A stretch of 64,000 bases of DNA, taken from the IMG/VR virus record IMGVR_UViG_3300020048_000104, positions 1-64,000 of that record. One strand, given 5' to 3'. The position numbers were made by a program, and so were the translations under genes. Source of the stretch: a virus. Taxonomy: Duplodnaviria; Caudoviricetes. Below are positions 30,601 through 38,021 of the stretch, in pieces (the first letter of the stretch is position 1; each line of letters opens with the position of its first letter). The notes beneath the pieces are model-generated. The model was not told where the DNA came from. It was given only the letters and a program-made list of their open reading frames with translations, and did no database searches.

Positions 30601-32328
30601 GATAAGACTACAATGATGGTAGTTAATGCTTTAGCTAGAAAGATAGAAGTAAATGATGATTTTGAATTAGCTGATGACAAAGTTGTTGAATTATATGATG
30701 CTATAGTTATGCCTGAAATACAACGTATGCTATCAGAAAAGTCTGATAACATTGCAGGATATAAACCAAACTTCTTCTATTTTATTCCTTCTTTAAATGA
30801 AGTCACTGTTACTATCAATGGTAAAGAAAAAACAATAGTAGAGCATGTATTAAGTTCTAATGGTGAAATTACAGATGATTTAAGAAATATTATTCTTGAA
30901 GAATTGAAAACAACTTTTCAACAATTAACAGAAGATAAAATTGATGAGTGGGTAGAATTAGGTGTAGGTGTTAATAATGCGTTCTTAAACAGTCCTTACA
31001 TGGATAACGTAGCAGAAGGATTGACTAAACCTAAAGCTGATGATAAAGTAAGTCAGAAAGTAAGATACGCAGCTACTGACTATGTATTTAATTATTTAAT
31101 AGCAAATGCAGAGATGTTCAAAGTATCTATTGGAGATCCTGCTTTATACGCAAAATTTAAAGATGGTAACACTGTTAAGCAAAATCTGGAATCGACTTTT
31201 GGAAATATTGGAAAAAGATTGGCAGGAGATATAGCTCCTGGTATTGAATTAGCTGATTCTGAAAAGAACGAGTATTATCAAATATTTATGAATGATACAA
31301 CAACACAAAGTAAAGCGTATCTTAATGAAATATTTGATAAAGTATCTGAAAACACTAAAAAAGAATATAGTAAAATTAAAGGTTCTGATGCTCAAGAGTA
31401 CACTACTTGGCAAGAGCATTTATATGTATTGAATAAATTAGGTAGAATATCTAAAAAGCAACATACTGATTTTAGTGATAAATTACGAAAAGGAGAAGAG
31501 TTAGATTTCAATGAGTTGAATCTTGTACTACAACCTATGAAGCCTGTTTACGTAGGAAATAGATTAGAGAAATTAGCTGATCGTAGAATCTATATCAAGT
31601 CATCTTCTTTTCCTTTGATTCCTCAACTTACAAAAGGATTACAAATTGATAAGTTGCGTGTACAAATGGAACAGTTTGAAAGAAGTAAAAACAGTACAGT
31701 TCGAGCATCTTTCAATACTGCTAATAAAGTAGGTAGTGTTGTACAAGCATTAGATGTATTTGATACTAATGGTAACGTATTAGATGTTAACATCACAGAT
31801 GCTAATGTATTGAAATTACAACGTAAGAACTTTAGGATTCAACAAGACGTACCTTATGACCATGAGAAATCAGCTGTTAACATAGGTACTCAGGAACGTA
31901 AATTGTTATTCAATAATATCCTTAGTATTTCTAATTTTGACTATAACGGTAAAAAGCTAACAGGTGCTGAACTAAAATCAAAGTATGATGATTTGTATAA
32001 AAAAATGTTTGAGCATAAGCGTACATTGTTAGAAAAGGAATTAGGATTACTTGAAGATGTATCTGAAGAAATTAATCCTAAAGACTTTTTATCTATTCGA
32101 GAAAGTAGTACATTTACAGCATTGGAAGAAATGGAGAAAGCAAGTGAAGCTATCAAATCTCCTGTTGCTAAATCTAAACTTAAAAACGAATTACAAGATA
32201 AGATGGGTACTAAGCAATTTGCAAGAGCTCAATATGTTAATAAGAATTTTGATAAAATAATAGAGAAATTAATGAATGCTAAAGTAAATGTATTCTTTGA
32301 TGAAAACATAGATAAAAAATGTGAATAA
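24664..32328 (+). CDS. Giant virion protein; C-terminal region carries the N-terminal (beta-like) part of the virion RNA polymerase
   Basis: 2554 aa. N-terminal Gly/Ala hydrophobic helices and EGSQEALEE ejection-protein motif. C-terminal KRLAGDIAPG, DAQEY, LQPMKPVY, YIKSSSFPL, RIQQDVP and GTQERKL resemble crAss vRNAP blocks. Confidence 0.65.
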   Translation: MLQPKKSTFLQDLKKHEDQLIKDGKIDDPKVLEEQLGGIPERVSSIDVLYPNKSPEEFENFEEYMPTQTVRSGQYSTEQLSNIRAENQSNWEQAGNASARFALNIVPSIVSGFASMLDIPGYFDAEHAATNDLVNTVEEWKQQVNQEIAPIYLENPDTPMDLGDFAWWMDRGEGLAESVASFLVQGAAMGAGVGALVKGANAFNNASKLAKLVGASAKTQSKVGTVANIFVEKAGTLTNAIALNQSEAVLEATSVYNDTKTYWLDKGYSMEDAKKQAAIGASTTMNMNRANILLNITSAYMFMTPMKLARKLVDPVSRANTLKSLVAEGSQEALEELINHSASQAGKAHGKGEEYGFNDAIKDMKSAEGIEAALLGAFGGIAQTGGSIAFKHSKYGTGSAVNKETGERESAYTQQTNRYEKQQKVIEDLKASGVKSFDVLNNLAYTMKLGQDMADAQNNNDIDKYNQLQAELFETKALTAFQSGTTQILEDLIRSSAGEDGETGISKEQVNEAISNLRELEAVYNNYENFENVDDLFFNRANKIRTERILRSQKANQIETKMNLQATAEQIAKKYKFKVDKEVVYKKEGVQTGTETLTTEQPITFSLENLGDNPGTTEDNRKVYDAFVEELSNTEVYKNAQEQDLTVEETENLLNGLNEKFVSLKSKEGQEKAKVEKAEKAIESERMSKILRDDFEDLDELRKMAAETKDDNVRRKAEKKIKTIETNRAIEAQQKKDDTVFNKYSTAIAKTDSSPEGKAEFEKLKAEIAKLKNLSPALKQRLADSIDARQRNMDAGMMSDEKVTKPNPSDENTVDLSELITNSKLPEDFVTDDVEENIEAEIADAVKEVYEKDRKPQLNEKGDLEYDFDRSEQGHDKGAFLARDFVQNEFSGKVTREDIDNELNEVNPDILNPDTLNEGTKITIKVDDDYDGDVYVGDTKEKMPWSERKKQIGNNPDTMRDEIPMVVVDNTGKKLFHIHDVNWINETNVYGDIESDRDALRAIRDKVLASGTSGVETSITSKSAGILFTTAKGESVLLKDGMPDPNLQLVVGKDNAFTDNSVDRESLLNKKIRDGQLYAIIPVGKEKIAIPLQRTQLKNNPEIYNTIVKAIEAYLDPENNQEFIEGVAKVGSKLDVSDLSNLSKFISQFVYLYPLEKNESLVDVVSRSSEKFNRQNSIISITGNSIEFCKPGISNSWGSISTNTPANMLPALLKRLKYVLSDVKTHAKKDKNTGKVITTDVAVVNAEGQVVSKPYREFIGENFKSNVLSTKINTKDGVKYVYSIQQNITFDTSFAPVQKKPVIATTTQSTNTQEADVESEIVDNALKQQLDNDVKQVVEDTQTYPTEKLINDLADLKAGNLKTFGESAEDAPDQKEVNYTIYIFENALRIRKEANNTTDLSQLINNDRKITLDSDDVSNDDDTDFQLIPETNVKNAVNDAISEMTVKGISLRQQNSLIGYIGSKIIKASIDKLQETGKSKVSINDIFDEVENDLKKDYQTYVDNILPNKAGRVKAILDDFAKVKQLTIAKIELMNTGTLTLKENNDAAEIESDDITTSVLSDEEMDMSDEASGGLENVLHSDDWTFTLDSKSTASANLKKFLTFVEDKEDGLTKFNELGFPEIIEFDVVYNTLHELLAGLPANYDKMLATLEAHTNKFPWLQTVIERLDDAPDQIRNEFVSDMAKHAITMKFILWNKLQNGKYVLFTKDANSASTQKRLLTTWNYNITDGNNPYSILKVDDSGTYVYDRTKIEPLVALAKEWENATVDNLPTNDELLKWLNAFGITVSEETLNELRLGKFKNKGTLTFQRLFTAHNGLVKVLATQIDKYSEKTKFDDTKIINDTVIQSLATMEASNAENIFSNSFNAGGKTIYTFSNNKYVINRFRDLKEDAQLRADLENVPFIKGSLWLNELNNNPAFNEHFGIDYLSLEAIKKEFTPSKDNRKLNNLTEDEHEVIKLAMFFNNYNNRQVSFFYPTMSDKTTMMVVNALARKIEVNDDFELADDKVVELYDAIVMPEIQRMLSEKSDNIAGYKPNFFYFIPSLNEVTVTINGKEKTIVEHVLSSNGEITDDLRNIILEELKTTFQQLTEDKIDEWVELGVGVNNAFLNSPYMDNVAEGLTKPKADDKVSQKVRYAATDYVFNYLIANAEMFKVSIGDPALYAKFKDGNTVKQNLESTFGNIGKRLAGDIAPGIELADSEKNEYYQIFMNDTTTQSKAYLNEIFDKVSENTKKEYSKIKGSDAQEYTTWQEHLYVLNKLGRISKKQHTDFSDKLRKGEELDFNELNLVLQPMKPVYVGNRLEKLADRRIYIKSSSFPLIPQLTKGLQIDKLRVQMEQFERSKNSTVRASFNTANKVGSVVQALDVFDTNGNVLDVNITDANVLKLQRKNFRIQQDVPYDHEKSAVNIGTQERKLLFNNILSISNFDYNGKKLTGAELKSKYDDLYKKMFEHKRTLLEKELGLLEDVSEEINPKDFLSIRESSTFTALEEMEKASEAIKSPVAKSKLKNELQDKMGTKQFARAQYVNKNFDKIIEKLMNAKVNVFFDENIDKKCE

Positions 32329-32801
32329 TGGAAAAATTATTAAATGAAGTAGAGATCAAAACATTGAATAAGTTTGGTCAGTTTGAATTAACAGCAAGTC
32401 AGACATATTTATTTTTAGCTAACAGAATGAAAACATTATCTTGTTTTGGAGCTGAAAAATTATTTAATGGTGAGTCAGATGGTGAAAGAGATCATTATAG
32501 AAAAATAGAAAAATTCATGAATAATTTAGGATGTGAACTTTCTGTTGAAGCATTAGATAAAGCAGAACATGATATTTCTAATATCAAAGAAGCGTTAGAA
32601 CTAGCTTATGTAATGGAAAAAGATTTACTAGATGCTTATGAAACAGCTGCTAGAAATTCAGAATTATCTTTAAAAGTTGTACTTTTGTTACAAAAATTTA
32701 CAACACATCAGGTATCTGCTGTAGGTGAATTTAGTGACTTGTTAGCACGAATAGAACTTACTAATGATATGTTATTGTTTGATAAAGAGTTAGGTAACTA
32801 A
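32328..32801 (+). CDS. Ferritin-like protein
   Basis: Four-helix pattern. E20, Y27, E53, H56, E97 and Q128 align with E. coli FtnA E17, Y24, E50, H53, E94 and Q127. Ends with the ferritin-type DKEL. Confidence 0.85.
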   Translation: MEKLLNEVEIKTLNKFGQFELTASQTYLFLANRMKTLSCFGAEKLFNGESDGERDHYRKIEKFMNNLGCELSVEALDKAEHDISNIKEALELAYVMEKDLLDAYETAARNSELSLKVVLLLQKFTTHQVSAVGEFSDLLARIELTNDMLLFDKELGN

Positions 32802-32811
32802 ATAGTATAAT

Positions 32812-35800
32812 ATGGCTTGTGAATATTTTGTAAACGGTGAATGGATTTCTGAAAATCAATTTAAAGAAATTTTAATTGGTGATGAATCAGGAGGATTATT
32901 AGATGCTCTTATTAATTCAGGTAAAGTAGAAATGAAAGGATTTCCTACTGTCGATGCTCCTGTACGTGAAACATTAAGAAATAACACAATACCTGTACAA
33001 AAATTACAGGCTATGTTAATTAAAGAAGTGAAGAGTAGAAAAGGTTATCCTATTAATATTCTTTCTGCTCTTGAATTAAATAAGGAAGGTACTGATTTCA
33101 AAATACCACTATGGTCAAGTAACTATGCTGATAAATTTGAAAGTTTATTAACATCAATTGTCAATAACAATGTCATTAAGCAAAAGTTCAATGGACATTC
33201 ATATATCCTCGGATCTGAAGAAGGTTTTACTTTAAAAGAAGGTGACGATGCAGAAAATGAATTAAGTCGCTCAGGGATTGTCTATACTGATTCATTTGAT
33301 CCTAAAATAGGATTACAACCTATGCGAATAGGAGAAAATGGAGAAATATTACCTGCGCAGATTATGATTCCTTTTAATTTTAAAAACAAGGATCAATATG
33401 GTAATAAATTGAAATTGAAAGATTTTATGATTCCTGGTACTAACAAAATAGACTTATCTAAATTAGATCCTAAGATGTTAAAACTGTTTGGGTTCCGTAT
33501 TCCTACACAAGGACACAACTCAATGTCTACTGTAGAAATAGTAGGATTCCTACCAGAAGCATCAGGAGATTTAGTTTTAGCACCTAAAGATTTTACTGTT
33601 CAGATGGGATCGGATTTTGACGTTGATAAATTATACACGTATATGTATAATGTACAACTTAAAGAAGGTAAATTAACTACAGAGTTTTCTGAAGATAACA
33701 TAATTGAAAATGCACAAAACGCAATACTTGATATTCATCACTCAGTGCTTACTAATCCTGATAGTAATATAGTTAGTGCTATATTAAAACCTGATGGGTT
33801 TGGAGATTTTAAAGATTTATCATCTGATGTTGTAGATAATAGGACAACAGCAGGAACATTAAAACAAACATTGACTATCTTATCTGATTCGTATCAAAAA
33901 AAGAAATTTATATCAGGTACAGCAGGTAAAGACGGATGTTTAGGTTATGGTACAAAAGTATTAATGTATGATGGTAGATTTAAAGAAGTTCAAGATGTCA
34001 TAGTAGGAGATCAATTAATGGGTATAGATAGTACACCTAGAAATGTAACATCTTTAAAAAGAGGGGTTGAACAAATGTACATAGTTCAGCAAAAAAGAGG
34101 TATTAATTATCGTGTAAACGAATCTCATATATTGTCATTGAAAGAACATATTCCTGCTTTATACAGTAAACCAGTAATCAATAATGTTAGAGTTATTGAT
34201 AAATCTAAACTATTGAGAGAAAAACAAATTATAACTAATAACATAAAAGTAAGTGATTATTTATTAGCAAATAATGATTTTAAACGTAGAACAAAAGGTT
34301 ATAAAAATACAAGTATTGAATTTCCTGATACTGATACTCCTATATCTCCTTATTATTTAGGACTGTGGTTAGGTGATGGTGTTACTAAAGACATAAAAGA
34401 AATAGCAACTATTGATGAACTTATAGAAAATTATTTAGCTCTTACATTTGGTATTAGTAGTGTGTATGGACCAAATAACATATCTAAACGAGTATTTGAT
34501 AATGGTTTAAATGATAATTTTAAAAAAATATTTAATGTATCTAAGTGTGGTTTGTTACCAGGTTGTAAACATATACCTGATAGTTATTTATATACATCAA
34601 AAGAAAACAGATTATCTTTATTAGCAGGTTTAATTGATAGTGATGGTCATTATTGTAAAATAAATAAACAATATACATTTTCAAATATTAATGAGAAACT
34701 AATAAATCAAGTTGCTTTTCTTACAAGAAGTCTTGGTTTTTATACAGCTATTTATAGAAAAGAAGCTCAAATTTCAAAAAGAGGATTGAATGAGCAAGTA
34801 TCTTTTAAAGTTAATTTTGTAGCAACTTATGATATACCTGTATTATTAGAAAGAAAAAAACAACTCTCTAATTCAGTATTCAAAAACAGATTATATACAG
34901 GAATTACTTTGAAAAAAGATGTTGTGGATAATTATTACGGATTTACTTTAGATGGGGATCATTTATTTATGTTAGAAGATTTTACAGTAACTCACAATAC
35001 TGGATCATTCTCATTAGATGCTACTTTTAATGCTATTATTCAAGGTAAGGATTTATTCTTTTTTAAACCTGAAACAGTAGGTTTAGATAAGTTTGGTAAG
35101 TATTCAAGAGATGAACAAATAGCAATGACTAGAGATACTTTTACATTAGGTAATTTATCATCTGATGGAGATTTGTCTAATCCTTATAATTTAAAATCTC
35201 AAAAGATACTTAATTCTGTAAATGGAGATATTAATAAATTATCAAAAGAACAAAGAGCTAAATTGAAATTCAAATCGGATGTGATACAAGGATTACAATC
35301 ATCTGCTGTGGATAATGCTAATGAGGAAATATTAGATAAAATTAATATTACTTCTCAAACATTTGATGCTATTCGTGGAATGGCTCAATTAGGATTTGAA
35401 GAATCTGAAATCGTAGGATTGATGACTCAAGATATTATGTGGGAATATGTTGATTTTGTTAAATCAAGAAAATCATCATTAAAAGAAGAATTTGCATCTG
35501 GAGATTCTTATGAAGATTTCTTATCTATAAAGAAAAAACAATATGATCCTAATGGTGATTTTGATAAATTAACACAAGAACAAATCAATACATTAAGTTC
35601 TAAGTCAGGTACTCAATTAATTGATGTCCTTATCAGTAAGCAGTTAGTAGATGTAAAAGAAGGTAGTAGTACACCATTGTCTAATTTAGAACAATTTGCT
35701 ATACTTGATAAATTCATAAAATTTAGTGAAGTAGGTAAAGCTATTAAAACAGTACAGTCTACTATCAATACTGAATCATCAGGACTTCCTAAAAACTTAT

Positions 35801-38019
35801 TAGAAACTAATGCTAAGATAGAACAAATTAAAAGACTTCCTTTAAGTCCTATTGTTGGAGCTACTAAGCTATTAGGAGAGTTTGATAATAATAATAATTT
35901 AGTTAATCCTACTACTATAAATGGATTTGCTGCTTATCACGGTGCTATATTAGCAGATAAGATGTATGCTAAATATTTCCCATATACTACAAATGGATTC
36001 ACTACTCAATACAATGAGTTATTAGAACATATCGCAGGAGAAGAAGTATCTGATTCTAAACGAGTAGATATTAAAATCAATGCGTTTAAAGAAATGCGTT
36101 CTTATTTATTTACAAGTGGTGCTTTAAATATTTACGATGGTAATGCTGAAGGTGTTCAAAGAAGACTATTTATTGATATTCCTGGTGAACATCAATCACT
36201 ATCATCTATACTAAAAACCATAAAAGGACAAAATAAACAATGGTTTAATAACAATCAGTTTTTGAATAAGTTATTGTTTGAGCCTAGAGTTGATGGTAAA
36301 GTATCAAGAGTTGATTTCCAAGCAGCGACTGGAGAAAACTATGATGAACAAGCTATTTATTTAGGATTCATGCAGTTGTTTCAATTAGACACACAAGTAT
36401 TAGATACTAAATTTAATGGAGAAGATTATACACCTGCTAGACTAGCACACGAATTGGTAATGTATGCTTACTTAGAAGGAGGTTCTCAAGGATCTAAATC
36501 ATTCATGAAATACATTCCTATTGAGTATTTAAAAAGTCAACGATTTGGAGAAGGATTACAATCATTAAGTAGTTTTGACTACAATTCTATTTTTGGAGGT
36601 TCTGGAGTAGTAGCGAAGTATGTCAATCCTTCTCGTTTTACAGTACAATATTTTCAAAACAATCCTAATAATGCTAAGAAATTAACATTAGAAGATATAG
36701 ATACCAATCATAAAAGCATTACAGCAGTTGATAATTTCAAATTAAAACCTGATGCTATTGCTGGTAATATGGTATCGTACACGAATGAATTAGGTGAGAA
36801 AACAAATACTCAAACAGGGTTTGTTGCTATATATGATTCTAAATTAAAAAGTAAATACGCATTGTATCAATATGATAATGTGGAACATGTATATAAACGT
36901 ATTCCTGTTGTATCAGGTGCTTATGGATTTAAGCAATATAACATCAACGGTGATATTACAAAACCTGTACAAACAGCAAATGAGATAGTTGCACCAAATA
37001 CAATAAATGTAAAACAACCATCAACACCATCTATGAATCCTGTTCCTGTACAACCTGTACAAGGCTACAATCCTAACATAGTGAATAATAATAATCCTAT
37101 TGAGAAAGTAGGAGGTTTAGAGATCAATCGTAAATTAGGTAGTGATGCAGAAATAATAACAGACTTCTTTTTACAGATTGCTAATAATCCTGCTGTTCCT
37201 AAGTATTATCAGGAATTAGCAAAGGAGTATTATAAATTAAAATTACCTCATGGTATTAAATTACAAGGAACAGATAAAGGAAAAGGATCTTATAATGCTG
37301 GTACTAATGTTTTAAAATTAAATAAAGAAGAGTTAAACGTAGAAGGTGCCTTAGAAACAGCTATTACTATATTGCATGAATCTACTCATATTTTTACAAG
37401 TGCTGTAATAAAGAATTATGGTAATTTAAAAGGAGAACAGAAAGAAGCTGTTACACGTTTGAACGGTTTGATGAATAAGTATATAGCTTTTCTTAATAAA
37501 TCTGGTAAAGGACCTCAAAGAGAAGCATTTAGACAAGCATATAATGATTGGAAGAATGCAAAAGAATCAGGTGATAATACAATGATTCCTAGTCCTGAGT
37601 TTACAAAAGATAATCTAAATGAGTTTTATGGTTCTATTAAATTAGAAGAGTTTGTAGCTATGGCACAAACATCTAAAGAGTTCCAGCAAATACTTAATAA
37701 TGTAATAGATTCTGATGGTAAATCATTCCTTAGTAAAATGATGGAGCAAATAGGAAAGATTCTAAAATCAATAGGTATAAACCTTAATAAAAATTCATTA
37801 CTGTATAGTACATTAGAAGGTGTTCAAAACTTAATTGATGTGAATCAGAAGAATGTAGAATCGTCTACAGAAACAGAACCTGCTCAGCAACTTACTGATT
37901 TAGTAAAACCAAAATTTAATCCTTTTGATGGAAGAAATCTTAATCCTAATGATTTGATTGATGAACAATTGTTACCTTTACAGGAAGATTTAGAAGAATT
38001 TAAACGAATGTGTAAATAA
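32812..38019 (+). CDS. Virion RNA polymerase catalytic (beta'-like) part with intein and C-terminal zincin-like domain
   Basis: GFRIPTQGHNSM and catalytic GSDFDVDKLY (DFDVD at 33613-33627), an intein at 33937-34998, and HESTH...EEFVA near the C-terminus. Confidence 0.85.
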   Translation: MACEYFVNGEWISENQFKEILIGDESGGLLDALINSGKVEMKGFPTVDAPVRETLRNNTIPVQKLQAMLIKEVKSRKGYPINILSALELNKEGTDFKIPLWSSNYADKFESLLTSIVNNNVIKQKFNGHSYILGSEEGFTLKEGDDAENELSRSGIVYTDSFDPKIGLQPMRIGENGEILPAQIMIPFNFKNKDQYGNKLKLKDFMIPGTNKIDLSKLDPKMLKLFGFRIPTQGHNSMSTVEIVGFLPEASGDLVLAPKDFTVQMGSDFDVDKLYTYMYNVQLKEGKLTTEFSEDNIIENAQNAILDIHHSVLTNPDSNIVSAILKPDGFGDFKDLSSDVVDNRTTAGTLKQTLTILSDSYQKKKFISGTAGKDGCLGYGTKVLMYDGRFKEVQDVIVGDQLMGIDSTPRNVTSLKRGVEQMYIVQQKRGINYRVNESHILSLKEHIPALYSKPVINNVRVIDKSKLLREKQIITNNIKVSDYLLANNDFKRRTKGYKNTSIEFPDTDTPISPYYLGLWLGDGVTKDIKEIATIDELIENYLALTFGISSVYGPNNISKRVFDNGLNDNFKKIFNVSKCGLLPGCKHIPDSYLYTSKENRLSLLAGLIDSDGHYCKINKQYTFSNINEKLINQVAFLTRSLGFYTAIYRKEAQISKRGLNEQVSFKVNFVATYDIPVLLERKKQLSNSVFKNRLYTGITLKKDVVDNYYGFTLDGDHLFMLEDFTVTHNTGSFSLDATFNAIIQGKDLFFFKPETVGLDKFGKYSRDEQIAMTRDTFTLGNLSSDGDLSNPYNLKSQKILNSVNGDINKLSKEQRAKLKFKSDVIQGLQSSAVDNANEEILDKINITSQTFDAIRGMAQLGFEESEIVGLMTQDIMWEYVDFVKSRKSSLKEEFASGDSYEDFLSIKKKQYDPNGDFDKLTQEQINTLSSKSGTQLIDVLISKQLVDVKEGSSTPLSNLEQFAILDKFIKFSEVGKAIKTVQSTINTESSGLPKNLLETNAKIEQIKRLPLSPIVGATKLLGEFDNNNNLVNPTTINGFAAYHGAILADKMYAKYFPYTTNGFTTQYNELLEHIAGEEVSDSKRVDIKINAFKEMRSYLFTSGALNIYDGNAEGVQRRLFIDIPGEHQSLSSILKTIKGQNKQWFNNNQFLNKLLFEPRVDGKVSRVDFQAATGENYDEQAIYLGFMQLFQLDTQVLDTKFNGEDYTPARLAHELVMYAYLEGGSQGSKSFMKYIPIEYLKSQRFGEGLQSLSSFDYNSIFGGSGVVAKYVNPSRFTVQYFQNNPNNAKKLTLEDIDTNHKSITAVDNFKLKPDAIAGNMVSYTNELGEKTNTQTGFVAIYDSKLKSKYALYQYDNVEHVYKRIPVVSGAYGFKQYNINGDITKPVQTANEIVAPNTINVKQPSTPSMNPVPVQPVQGYNPNIVNNNNPIEKVGGLEINRKLGSDAEIITDFFLQIANNPAVPKYYQELAKEYYKLKLPHGIKLQGTDKGKGSYNAGTNVLKLNKEELNVEGALETAITILHESTHIFTSAVIKNYGNLKGEQKEAVTRLNGLMNKYIAFLNKSGKGPQREAFRQAYNDWKNAKESGDNTMIPSPEFTKDNLNEFYGSIKLEEFVAMAQTSKEFQQILNNVIDSDGKSFLSKMMEQIGKILKSIGINLNKNSLLYSTLEGVQNLIDVNQKNVESSTETEPAQQLTDLVKPKFNPFDGRNLNPNDLIDEQLLPLQEDLEEFKRMCK
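33937..34998 (+). mobile_element. Intein with LAGLIDADG homing endonuclease (354 aa) in vRNAP
   Basis: Begins G|CLGYGTKVLMYDG, contains YYLGLWLGDG and LLAGLIDSDG, ends YYGFTLDGDHLFMLEDFTVTHN|T. Confidence 0.93.
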
Positions 38020-38021
38020 TT

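Noticed and set aside
32060-33000. Split intein or intron joining the two RNAP halves
   Set aside because: The terminal extensions lack Hint motifs (no N-terminal C/S block A, no block F/G ending HN). The gap has no group I/II core elements and is fully occupied by the ferritin ORF.
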